From NCBI RefSeq assembly GCF_009914755.1, contig NC_060946.1: a stretch of DNA of 64,000 nucleotides. One strand, written 5' to 3'. The notes under the pieces were generated by a model. It worked only from the letters and a program-made list of their open reading frames with translations. It was not told the DNA's origin and searched no databases. The position numbers were made by a program, and so were the translations under genes. The stretch is from the human T2T-CHM13v2.0 reference genome, Homo sapiens. Positions 15,861-29,850 of the stretch are shown piece after piece. The first letter of the stretch is position 1, and the number at the start of each line of letters is the position of its first letter.

Positions 15861-16183
15861 GGCCGGGCGCGGTGGCTCACGCCTGTAATCCAGCACTTTG
15901 GGAGGCCAAGTGGGGGGGGGGGGGGCGGATCACCTGAGGTCGGGAGTTCAAGACCAGCCTGACCAACATGGAGAAACCCCGTCTCCACTAAAAATACAAA
16001 ATTAGCCCAGCGTGGTGGAGCATGCCTGTAATCCCAGCTACTCGGAAGGCTGAGGCAGAGAATCGCTTGAACCCAGGAGGTGGAGATTGCAGTGAGCTGA
16101 GATTGCTCCATTGCACTCCAGCTTGTGCAACAAGAGCAAAACTCTGTCTCAAAAAAAACAAAAACAAACAAACAAACAAAAAA
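15861..16183 (+). mobile_element. AluSp-like element with an internal G14 run
   Basis: ACCAACATGGAGAAACCCC diagnostic; TSD ACAGTCCTT; G run 15912-15925. Confidence 0.93.
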
Positions 16184-17958
16184 ACAGTCCTTGCTGTCTT
16201 GTAACCAGAGGCAGGAAGAGCCTATTTCTCAGGAGTGGCTTGTCATGGCCAAGGGATCCATCCTGGAAAGCTCCCTGGAGGAGGCGGTAGCTGAGTGGAG
16301 CCTTTCACATGGTAAGTGCTCACTAGTGTCAGCTGCTGTTGTTATTCCCAGTAGGAATAAGAGGGGAGAAGCTCTGATCACCATGCAGGTGGGAAGAGCA
16401 TCCCCTTCAGAGGGAAAAGCAGAGAAAAGGCAAGGAGTTCTCTCCCAGCCAAGTGGGGGGTGGGGTGGGGAGTTGGTGGTCAGTGATGGGGAAGTGGGGG
16501 GTGGTGGCGAGGCTGGAAAGAGAAGCAGGGGGCCAACCCTGCTTTGGTTCTTAAAACAAAACGGTTTTTTGTTTTTGTTTTTTTTTTTTAAGGTGGGGAT
16601 AGGACCTGTGTGGATTTGGGAAACGACTCTGGCAGCGGCCCAGCCCCGGGGGAGCAGGCTGCAGTTAGGGAGGCCACTATTTGGGTGAGGGGAAGTGTGG
16701 CCATGGGGAGGGGAGGAGCCCAGGCTGAATTACAGGGGAGGTTTTAGGAAGAACAGCCAGGACTTGTACATCTGGTGGCCCCAGGGCCCTGGCTTGTGCT
16801 CAGGATTGACAGATGTGGAACGGGTACCCCAGGTCAGCCTTGGTATGGGGCTGAGGCCCTGTGTGACTGGGCTGAGTGGGGTGGCCACTGGAATATCCTG
16901 CAAATCACCCCTGTGCTGCCGTGACGGAGGGACCTGATGGTGGGAGGCTGCAGGGGGATCCTAGTCGTGGCCGCTTCTTACGGGGGCCCTGCTTCCCAGC
17001 AAAGATGCATCAAGGAATATGGAGCCTGCAATTGTGGGGCTGCCCTCCACACCAGAGTGAAGAGCCAGAGGGGCCTCGTGGAAATGTGCAGGGCATGTCA
17101 CACCCACACCTGAGAAAAGGGCCCAGTCCTGACAGCACCAGCAACCAAGCAGTTAAAAGTATTCCGTGGCTTCCAGGGTCACAGAGTGGAGCCTTCCCCA
17201 GAGTCCAGAGCCTGGATCCAGGGTCATTGTCCCTGCAGAGCTCAGAGCCCAGATTCTCCCTGCCCCACCTCACTGTCTTTGGGATTGATTGCTCAGCAAA
17301 GACAAAAAGGCAGCGATCCTCCATGGACCAAAGCCTCTGAGCCAGGGCCCATCCCCCAACAGTGGGGTTCCTGCTATAACAGGTCTCCTGCCAGGTAGGA
17401 TAAGACACCTCTGTGTAAAAAACATGTCCACACACACTCCCGCGATGTTGGTGCAAAAACAATCTGTTCGCCCTTCCTAGAGTACTGACTGGTAATACCA
17501 TATTCAAAAGCCTTTAAAAAAGCAAATCCTCAGTGAAGTTACAATTATTCTCCTGGGAGTACACCAAGGGAATTATTAGACAAAGATGTTCATAGCAGCA
17601 GGTTTGTAAATCACCTAGACAGCCAATCATCAAGAGTGAGGTAAAGAAGTTACATATGGGACATCTGAACAACAGATTCTTCTGCAATCATTGAAGTGTG
17701 ATCTAGAAATATTTAAAGAGATGAGTTGTTTGTGGCAAATTAGTGAAAGTGCAGAGAGTAAAATGTGACGTATGACCACGATGACTTTAAATATGTATTA
17801 CAAATAGACAAGAAAGGCTGGACAAATATCCACCTGAATGTCAGCTGTGTTTCTCTGAGTTGGGATTCTGTCTATTTGTTATGGTCTCAGGGATGCTTTC
17901 CCATGTTTGCAAATTTGCAGATGACGAACATGTATCATCCATGTTTGCAAAGGGAATC

Positions 17959-17962
<4 letters not shown>

Positions 17963-18003
<41 letters not shown>
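17963..18003. repeat. (TG)n microsatellite
   Basis: About 20 perfect TG units. Confidence 0.98.
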
Positions 18004-18005
<2 letters not shown>

Positions 18006-18309
18006 CTCAATGGCACAGAAATAAAAGGCCAAGTTAAAGATCCATAGTGACTCACTGCTTCCCCAAAGCAAGTTTTCTCTCTCCCAGCTTGGAAATTATT
18101 ATGGAAAATGCCAGATGTGTGAGGCCTGGCTTGGACCTTGTTTATGCAGAGCTGGGCTCCCCAGAAGGGCCATCCCCAACCACCTAGGCAGGGTCACCCA
18201 GGAGGAGCTAGTTACGTGTGCAGGCCTTGTTCCATGCAAGCATTCTTGGGACCAGAATCTAAGAAATATCTTTTATTTTTTTTCCTCCAGAAATGTCTTT
18301 GTGTGTATC

Positions 18310-19425
<1,116 letters not shown>

Positions 19426-20229
19426 GACTTCTTTACATATTCTGCAAATGAGAGATATTTTTTGTATATACAGTACTACAGTTTAAACCAATTGTTAAAA
19501 TACTAATTCATTACTTTTTAAATTTGGAAAACATAAAAAGGGAGGTACAAGAAGCATTCGTGTTTATATGCTTTGACTCAGCAATTCCACATCTAGGGAT
19601 TGGATATGCACAGATTTAGCTGCAAGAATGTTTATCGTAAAAGAAAGAAGTAAGGAAGAGATGAAACTGAAAACAACATCAATATCCAATAATCTCACAT
19701 GGGTTAAATAAAATACAGCCCCGCTGTGTATGATCATAAGCAATGCTGTGAATGAACACTAAATGATGTGTGACATTTAGAATATAGCCACGGTTACAAA
19801 GACAAAGTTGCAAAGCAATATTTACGGCATGATCCATTTTTTGTCTCAACAAATGCATAATTGTGTAAAAAGAAAGTCAAATGTTAACAATGGTGATCTC
19901 GTGTGAGGGAATCTCAGTCTACTTTTCTTCTTTGTATTTTTTTCCAGTTTTCCAAATTTCATGCAATAAACGTGTGGTCTTGCAATCAGACAAAAAATGT
20001 TATTTTTTAAGCCACAAGCATATATACAATGTTATCCCGATGATGTAAATATCTATATATTTCGATAAAAAGATACTCCAGGCCAGTATTTTCCCTGGTG
20101 CCTCGGAAAGGTTTCTCCTTTTCTTACTTTGTACTCGCCTAGGTTTTACAAATTCTCCACTGTCTGGTTGTTTTACCTGGTTTAGGGAGGGGAAAAATAC
20201 AGGAAAAGTTGTTAAACTTTAAAGTGGAG

Positions 20230-21000
20230 ATCCAATTTGCGCGAAAGCTCGGAATCAGCCCCACGGCCCGCGGCCGCAATGAGGCCCCGCCCAGGCCCCG
20301 CCCCAGCCCCGCCAGGCCCCGCCCCACAGCCGCCTGCCGAGCCTTTCCCTGAGCTTTCTGAGCGGGCCGCGCAGAGGCCCCGCCCAGGCCCCGCCCAAGC
20401 CCCGCCCTCTCGACTGTGACGCAACATCCGCACAGCCCGCGGCCTGGAATCTAAGAGACTGCCACCCAGAGGCCCCGCCCCTGGCGCGTAGAGGCCCGGC
20501 GATAGACTTGGCCCCGCCCCCTCAGCTGCGGCGCTACGTCCGCACCGCCCGCCTCACCCTCGCTGGGGCTTCCGGAACAGGTCGCGCCGAGGCCCCGCCC
20601 CCCGGCTGCACCAGGCCCCGCCCCTTTGGCTACGGCACTGCGACCGCGCCGCGCGTCGCGCCCTCGTCCTGACTTCCGGGGCGGGACGGAAGAGCGGGCG
20701 GGACCGTCCAGTCCAAGGCGCCGCGGCTTCCGCCCGGGAGGCGGGCTGGTCCCAAACGAGGTCGTGCGCGCTTCCTGCGATGGTTTTTTGCTGTCCCCGT
20801 CTGGCCCCAGGTGCGCGGGACGTAGAGGCCGGACAGCCGGGAGGCGGAGATGAAAGGGGCCAGCGGCCCGGCCCCGGGGACACGCGTGCCAGGCCCTGCT
20901 GCAGCCCCCGAGAGGTCGGAGGCGCGGAGCCAGGGCTGACCCTGTGCACTGGGTCGAGGGCCACCCCTCGTCTCAGCCTAAGCTGGACGCACCACCCGGG
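20230..21000 (+). promoter_or_regulatory. CpG island 2; GC-box/ETS promoter
   Basis: Ten CCCCGCCC boxes at 20285-20623, several CTTCCG/CGGAAG ETS sites, candidate donor CAG|GTGCGC at ~20810. Confidence 0.85.
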
Positions 21001-22270
21001 CAGAAGTGACATCAGAACCCTAGGCTCCGTTGTCAACCACGGTTACTGATGTCACCCCTTCTGCACAGGGAGGAAGGTGTGGCCCAGCGAGGCATCCTCC
21101 CGTCTTAGTCGGGGTCTGCCCTGGGTGGGAGGGATTGTAGGACCCCCTCTCCGCTGGCTGTGACAGCCTAAGCTGGTGAGCTGTTTCTAGCCAGAGTGCC
21201 CCTTCGGTGAAGTCTAAAGCCCCGAGATGTCAACGGCAGCTGCCGTGTATTGAAAAGCATGTGCCAGGCCATCCTGGACTTAGACGTAAATGTGTTATCT
21301 CAGTACTCCTGGCAGCTGTATAAACGTGCATGCCACCCCTTTTCACAGATGAGGGGCCGAGGTCAGAGAAGCAGCTTGCCAGAGGCCCTGGAGGGCAAAG
21401 GGACACAGCCTAGATTTGGACCCAGATCCTTGATACTGAATCTCAGCTGTTAGCCTGTGTGCTGAGCCGGCATCCTGTGATAATAGTTTCCCTTCAGTAG
21501 GTGTAGCTGGCTGGCAGCTCTGTTGATTACCTTAGCTCACTGCTGCCTCCTCGAGTTGGAAGACCCGCTTACCCAGAGCTAAGCCCCTCTCCCAACTCTG
21601 AAGGTGCTCAGCATCCCTCAGCTTGACCCAGGTTGCCTGGAGATTCCCACCCACTGGTTACCCCAGATCTCCCAATACTCTGCCTCCCTTTGCTTGGGGT
21701 GGGAAAGGATGCCCTCTGCCCAGGATCTGAATGGCCGGTGTGTGGCGCCAAGCCTGCTGGGCCTGTGGTGCCAGGGCTACAAGTGCACAACAGAACACCC
21801 CCAGTGTGCTCACACAGTGTCAAGCCAGCCCCCAGGGTGCCGAGGCTGCCTCTCCCCTCTGTACCCCGTCCTCCCTTGTAATGCGGAGGGGGCAGTCTGG
21901 CTTTTTCCTTGGCTTTCCAGGTTGGTATATGCTGGACGTCAGCAGCAGATAGGACACCCCAGCACAATGAGCCCGCAGCAATCCGGACTTTCTAGCCTTC
22001 AAGTGTACCTCAGAGCGGAAGCTGCGCATTTGATTTTTTTTTTTTTTTTTGGCTCCATATTAAAGAACAAAGCATGGGAACTGGACAGGTCCCTCTGTAA
22101 ACAGAAAACACATGTTTTCTGAGAGAATGGGCCCTTCCTTTCCTGGTTTCATCTCCCGTGGACAGAGGCCTCCTTAGGCCCGCTGACTTCAAGACCATGG
22201 AGACTGTGGACCGAGGGCTGAGAGGAGGTGATTCTTCTTTGCTCAACTCAGGGACCGGACACTCGCCTTC

Positions 22271-22586
<316 letters not shown>

Positions 22587-23454
22587 GACATTTGCCTTTT
22601 TGAATGGGGGCCAGGACAAGTGCTAGAGGTCTGCTCAGCAGTGGGGTGTGGTCTGAGGAGGGAGGGCCCCTCAGAGACCTGAACAGGAAGTGGGGGTCTG
22701 CACCATTTGTGTCCTCCAAGCACACTAGAATTGTTTAGGGTTCTACCCGAGCTAGCTCCAAGTGAACGTGTGTTCTTTGGAGCCTGCTAGCCACAAATGG
22801 GCAGAGACCTCTAACTCAGATGAGAAGCCTGTGTCTGCAAAGAATGGGCATTCTTGGACTGAGTACCCACTGCTGTGTGTCCTTGGGCAAGTTTCTTAAC
22901 CTCTCTGGGCCTCACGTTTCTCATCTGTAAAAGCAGGATAATAGTTATTTAGGATTCAATAAGATCATGGAAATAGCCCCATTGGACACATAACTAGGAG
23001 CTAATTAATAAGTGAGCAAAATCAAACATTGTCTCTGTTTCAATGCTGAGCTACGGTAGAGTGGCCCAAGAATCCTCTACAGACACCCAGGGTGCCCATA
23101 CTCCAAGGAGCACCTCCTCTTCCCCTGCCTTCTGTTGGGCACAGCCACTCCCAGGCCGCCGTGACACCTTTTTGGAAGCAGCCGTCTTGCAGACAGATCA
23201 TCCCTTTGAATCTCCCCAGCAGCCTGAACTTTGTCCTTGAGGGGAGATTTGATTTGCGGAAATAATCAGACATCCTTTAAGACAAGTCTGCTGAATGGAT
23301 GCTCAGAAGCCAAGCCAGGGCCTCCTGTCCAGGGCCAGCATGTGCCACGACTGTAAAGTCAGAAGCCAGTCTGGCCACGTGCTCTGAAGGCAGTATAGAA
23401 AGGATCTGGACTGGATCATCGCCACTGGCGTTGGTGGGTGTGAGCGACGTGTCC

Positions 23455-23496
23455 GTGTGTGTGTGTGTGTGTGTGTGTGCGTGTGTGCATGTGTGT
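23455..23496. repeat. (TG)n microsatellite, imperfect
   Basis: TG dinucleotide run. Confidence 0.95.
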
Positions 23497-23945
23497 ATGA
23501 AAATAGAGATATTCACACACACCCCTGAGCTTGGTGGACGGACCAAACCAAAGCCTGCCTAATTAACATGAGGCTGCCTTTCATCTCTCAGCCCACAACT
23601 TGATTTTCATGGAAATTTCTCTGTGTGGGAAAATTACAAGCATTTCTGATACAGGCAAGTGTTGTGAGAGTATGGCAGCATGTTGTCCTGGAATACTGGG
23701 ATTTAGAGGCTGGGTTCCCCTAGCCTGTTCCTAACCAGCTGTGTGGCCTCTGGCTCCTTTCTTCACCCCCCATCTCTTGGTTTCCCCATCTCAAGTGCTC
23801 CAGGAAGGAAACACACAGGCTGTGCCCACATGCGTGGGCATTCACAGCACGTGCGGGTGACATTGCTCATTAAAACACTGTAAAAATTAATTGGCATTCA
23901 CAAAGTTCTAGTCACAATAGCAAACATTTTAAAAAATCAGAAACA

Positions 23946-24100
<155 letters not shown>

Positions 24101-26439
24101 CAGACAACACAAACAATTCAATTGTCCATCAGTATGTGAGTGGGTAAACAAATGTCAATAGGCATATGATAAAATATCACGTAGCAGTAAAAAGGAATGG
24201 GCTATTGATAAACTCAACAACATAGATAGCAGGATCCCGAGCAAGAGTTCATACTCCATGAGTTAAAATTTTTTTTTAATAAATTGAAACTGATCTACGG
24301 TGGTTGGATTCAGATTGCTGGCTGCCAGGAAGTCAGAGACTGCCTGCAAGGGGCTCTAGGGAACATTTTGTGGTGATGTTTTCTTTCTTGATCGTGGTGA
24401 TACATGTCACGGTTGCATACATTGTCAAAACTCATCGAACAGTAGAGGTGAAAGGGATTTTGCTGCATGGAACTTATTCCTTAATAAGGTTGATTTCAAA
24501 AATTAACTGGTATTTATACTTTATTTTTCAAATCTTGTAGAAAATAATGACATAAAATGCTCACAACGTATTCAACAAAAAGACTGTAAAATAACCTATA
24601 GTATGATCTAATGATTATATATACATGAATATATGTATGCATTTATAACTTACGATATGGTCCATTCATATAGATATGTGTACACACACACAAACACATA
24701 TATGCATGCGCACATATATACACATACAGTTTGGAAAATATAGCAGAAGGACTTTCAACCAAATGCATTCAGTAATTACCTCATGGGTAATTGTTTTCTT
24801 TTTATTTTTTAATTCTAAATACCCTCTTAGTTTTTTCTTAATTCTAAATATCCTCTTAGTTTTTTTTTTTTTTTTGTACTTTTCTGTAATGAACACTATT
24901 TTTGTGGAAGAGAGTCTTTTTTGCTTGCTGTATTTTTCTTTATTGTTAATTGACAAATAATTGTATGTATTCATGAGGTATAATATGTTATATATATAAC
25001 ACTTTTCTTTTTATAAACAAATAAAAACAAACATCTCTCTTTTTTCTTTCCAGCTGTAGCAGGCCAGGGACATGGGGCTGGGCCCTGGACAGGGTGGTGA
25101 GGACATCCCGGTTCCCACGAAAAGCAACCGCCTGGCAAGTCTGGAGCAGGCGAAGAGGGAGTGAGGGGGTGTGGCTCGCTCCCCAAGTTCTTTGGCTCAG
25201 CTTCAGTGCTGGGTCATTCTTGGGGACTGCTATGCCCACTGGGCACTGCAGAACTTCTGGTGCGTGTGGCTAAGGGGAGTCGGGAAGAGCCCTGTCCCTG
25301 GACCAGACCTTCCTGTTGGGAGTACTGGGACCCAGTGACCTTGTGCACCTTTCCTGAAGCTTCTGGGCCCCAAGTGGTCGAATGCAGAGTGGGCTGGGGA
25401 GTCACAGACTGTGCTTCCTGCTTTCAACCTCCGTTCCAGGTTCCTGTGCGTTCCGTGGGCCCATCCACCTGGCTGGGCTTGGCTAGGCTGTGACCTTCTC
25501 TGAGGACAGGGCTCTGCCTGCATTTGGAGCTGCTGGGACCTCAGTGTCACCCCCCACTCTCGCCAGCTGGCCTCACAAAGGTGCCCAGGAGGAGACCTGA
25601 TTGCCGACTCCTTTCCCCTCCCTGGCTGAGCAGATTCTACAACAGCCTGTGGAAATTAAAATAAGAGCTTAAAACTGTCAAAAAAAATTTTTTTAACCAA
25701 GTCACAAATGGGAAAGCTGAGGCGGCAGCAGGTTAAGGACACTTTGTGATGTAGCGTTCTCTCCCAGTGCTTTCGTACTGTAAACATCACAGTCCACGGT
25801 CCCTGTGAACAGGCAGCCACAGAGACTGGGTTTAGACTTGCCGGGGAAGGCTGCATCCAAAGTGGGGCCAGCTCAGAACTATTCCACCACATGGGGGGCC
25901 ATTAGTTCTGCTCAGTTCTGTGGGGCCTCACTAGTGTTTCTATTTAAAAATAAGTCAAGGTAAAAGAAAAAGTTTCAAAATGTAACAGTCACGTATCTAT
26001 TTCTGTAATTGTAAAGAAATACACTGTCATGTGACGGCTGGAGGCTCTGGAGCAGAGGGCCTAGGAGGAATTTTTTTTCTTTTTCTTTTTCTTTCCTGAA
26101 TTCTCCAAACCGTCTATCACAGTGTGTATTGCTTTTATAACGGGAAGAGATAAAATAGACTTACATTAAAAATAATCAAACTGCACCTGTGCCTACATGT
26201 CAAATGATAAACGTGACAATCAAAGGCACTTTTTATTTATCGAATACCTGGTTCATGCCACATCTCCTGCTAGGCCCTCCCAGCGTGCTGGCTCCTCAGA
26301 ACACCCTGCAGGTGGGAGCTGGGCACCAGGGTCCCTGAGGCAGCATTCAGCACCCACGTGGCAGAGCCAAGGCTGGACAGGGATGATTCCAACATCCAGG
26401 ATTGTATTATGCTTATAACGACTTCCTGCCTGTTTGTAT

Positions 26440-26711
<272 letters not shown>

Positions 26712-26806
26712 TAAATACAATGATCTTCAGTTAAAATATTTGTATCTTACATAGAATCTGGAATTATTTCTGTAAACAGAATTTAGTAAAAGAAATATAA
26801 AAATCA

Positions 26807-27132
26807 GCTGGGCACGTTGGCTCACGCCTGTAATCCCAGCACTTTGGGAGGCCGAGGTGGGCGGATCACAAGTTCAGGAGATCGAGACCACCACCCTGGC
26901 CAACATGGTGAAATCCCGTCTCTACTAAAAATACAAAAATTAGCTGGGCATGATGGTGCACACCTGTAGTCCCAGCTACTCAGGAGGCTGAGGCAGGAGA
27001 ATCGCTTGAACTCGGGAGGCGGAGGTTGCAGTGAGCCAAGATCGCACCACTGCGCCACTGCACTCCACCCTGGTGACAGAGCAAGACTGTGTCTCAAAAA
27101 AAAAAAAAAAAAAAAAAGGAAAAAGAAAGAAA
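26807..27132 (+). mobile_element. AluS element
   Basis: 19-bp TSD AAAAGAAATATAAAAATCA at 26788-26806 and 27133-27151. Confidence 0.97.
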
Positions 27133-27204
27133 AAAAGAAATATAAAAATCATAGATTTTTACCTTATTTTACCTTATGACACTGTTGACCAACAGCCAAA
27201 GTCA

Positions 27205-27375
27205 GAATCAATTATGTAACTCTCAGAGCCTAGAACAAAATGAAAATATGGGTTCCCTTGTTCAAGAATGACTAAGAATTTTAAGACCGGGGACAGCCAA
27301 ACATTGAGTGTGGGGCCCTCCTGCACACCGGCCCTCTACCACTGGGCAAGCCACACAGCCACAAAGTCAGCCCTG
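27205..27375 (-). mobile_element. MER45A-like hAT-Tip100 element
   Basis: CAAAATGAAAATATGGGTTCCCTTGTTCAAG...GGGGCCC...AAAGTCAGCCCTG. Confidence 0.7.
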
Positions 27376-27808
27376 GACAAGTTATTGATAGTGTATGATA
27401 GAACTAAGGTGACGGTTCCCTTTGGGACACACTCTAATCACCAGTGACCACCAGTCAGAAAACAAATGGGCTCAAGCCGCAGGAAGATGAGCCGTTCCCA
27501 AGGCATTTTCCAATCCAAAAAATAGCGGTCGCAGCTCAGGAATGAAGTTCCCAGTGAGGATGCAGCGGGAGACACAGCCAGGCTTCCCTCCCCAGGAAAG
27601 GGCCAGGCCCTGCATAGGAGCTTTCATTAAAAACCAGGGAGGCTGCAGATTCTCTTGAAATGACAACACGCTCGTGCCACACCTCGATAGAGCTTCAGTC
27701 ACTCTGCTGTGGAGCGTGCGAGGCTGACCATCCTAGGCCTTGGGGAGAAATCATGACAGCTGATGCCAGTGCTTGTTACTGGGAAAACACAGTAAGAAAC
27801 TTCATCCC

Positions 27809-27970
27809 TAAATGTTTATACCTACTATGTACTCACAAAAATTTAAAAAAAGATTTAGTATGAAAATGTAAAGTATCTCATTAATCTTTATCTTGATCGT
27901 ATGTTGAACTGATAATATTTTGGATATATTGGTTTAAATAAAATATATTAACTAAAAAAAAAAAAAAGGA
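27809..27970 (+). mobile_element. 5'-truncated L1 tail with 3'-transduced MER33 fragment and poly(A)
   Basis: TSD AAACTTCATCCC at 27797-27808 and 27971-27982; L1 tail TACCTACTATGTACTCACAAAAA; AATAAA 27937; A14 at 27954-27967. Confidence 0.8.
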
Positions 27971-29099
27971 AAACTTCATCCCGCCGCCTCTGAGAAAGGA
28001 TCTTGGGGTTCATTGGCAGGTAAATGCTCCCCCAAAGGAGGTCCACTGTGGATGCTGGAAACGAACTGTCAGCTGACAAGCATCTGTAGCTCTGAAAACA
28101 AGGGCTCCACACATTGTCCCAGCCAGCGCCCCACCAGCCCATCCCCATTACCTCTATGTCTTCAGCCCCACGTCAGGTTCTGGAAGTTTCCAGGGGGAGT
28201 GGACAGTACCCTCAGGGGCTCTTGGGGCTGAGACCTCTTCCATGAATCACGTATGGAAGCCCAGGACCAACCTCAGAGAGGATCATGTCTGAGAAGTCGT
28301 TTGAGGGGAAAAATATCCACTTAAGAGAGAGGTTCTCCAGCCCTTTGGAGCATCACACACGTTTGTGGGACAAAAGACAAATATTCCTCCCACCCCAATC
28401 CCCAACCAGGCTCCTTGTTCATTTTTCTTTAAAAAACAACAACAACAAAAAAATCCGCATTCTCCCCAGCCTGAAATAGTGCTCTGGAGGAGCTGGCCTG
28501 GCCCGGAGTGTCTTCTCCGTAAACACACCTGGTGAGGAAGAACAGGAAGGACGGACAAAGGGAGGCCTCAGGCCCAGCTGGCAGCCAGATCTGTGCCTCC
28601 CAGCGCCTCCAGGGCCCTTGCAGTCTCGAGAGATGTGGCTTGGCCACTTTTGCAGATTCCCAGGCCTGGGGCCACTCAGTTGCCTCCCCCAGCCCAGGTG
28701 TCTCCTCGGGACCCTGGCCTGGGAGGGTTTGAAGCCAGGCAGGGAAAAGAGGGCAGAAAATGGTGGTGCCGGGGAGCTGGGCCGGGCCAGCAAATCATTC
28801 CGCAAGGTGGAGAACTGCAGGCTGAGGGCACCGTGGGCCTGGGCCCGGGACCCAGCATGGAACCCCTTCTCCTGGAGCACCAGGGGTCACAACAGTCCCT
28901 CCACTCCAGGGATCACGGGTGACCCACGGCCGGGTGCTTTGGGGACGAGACAAAGACAGCGTGTTCCTCAAGCCCCTGCCTGCCGCTCCGTCACTGGGGC
29001 CATGGTCTGCGTGCCAACAACCTTTTAGGAAGCATCTTGTGCCCAACCTCACCACCCCGCAAAAAAACCTGTGTCCAAAACACTTGGCAGTGGGGCTTA

Positions 29100-29850
29100 A
29101 AACGCTCAGGTGCCCCGAGGAGGCGCCGGGAGATGAGCCCAGAGCGGTGGCTGGCGAAGGCCCCAGCAGGACTGGGGCGTGGAACTTGCTTGTTTACCTA
29201 AGAGAAAAACACGACGAAAAAAGCTTCTGGGTAGAATTGGAAGTTCTGGGGCTCTCGGCGCCGCGGCCTCCGCGCGGTTCTCTTCCTCCCCTCCCCGGCC
29301 TGCTTTTCCTCCTCCTTTCCCTCTTTGTTGCCAACCTCGGAGCCGCGACTGAAACCCAGCCCAGCGTGTCCGCGAAGCCCGGAAACTTCCAGCTCCGCGA
29401 CTGTGCAGAAAGTTGGGGGGCGCGGCCGGGGTGACAGCAGCGCTTCGGGGGCGGCCGCGGCGGCCACCCGGACCTCGGCCTCCCGCGCCTCCCGCTGCCC
29501 CAGCCGCGCCCGGGGACCTCGGGCAGCCCGCGGGCCGGACGTGAACTTGACCCTGCGCTGTGCCCGCCTGGACCGCGGCGCGCTCGGGACGATCTGGTAA
29601 GCGCTCCCCCTCCCGCCCTCGCCCGGCGGCGCTGGGGTCCGGGTCGGGGTCCGGGCTCGACTGCGAGGGCGTGTCCCGGGGTGGCGGGCGCCGGGGCTCC
29701 TCGGCCGCTGCACCGGAGCGCACGGCCGAGCCCGCGGCCCGGCCCCCGGCGAAGTCAGCCCCCAGCCTCCCAAACAAAGACTCGCAAAGTTCGGAAGAGA
29801 ATCTTTCCCGACATTTTCCCTCCCCTCGGGCTCTGCGCTGCGGCCATCAG
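29100..29850. promoter_or_regulatory. CpG island 3 (LINC00899 promoter, possibly bidirectional)
   Basis: High CpG density; + strand donor-like CTG|GTAAGC at ~29597. Confidence 0.88.
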
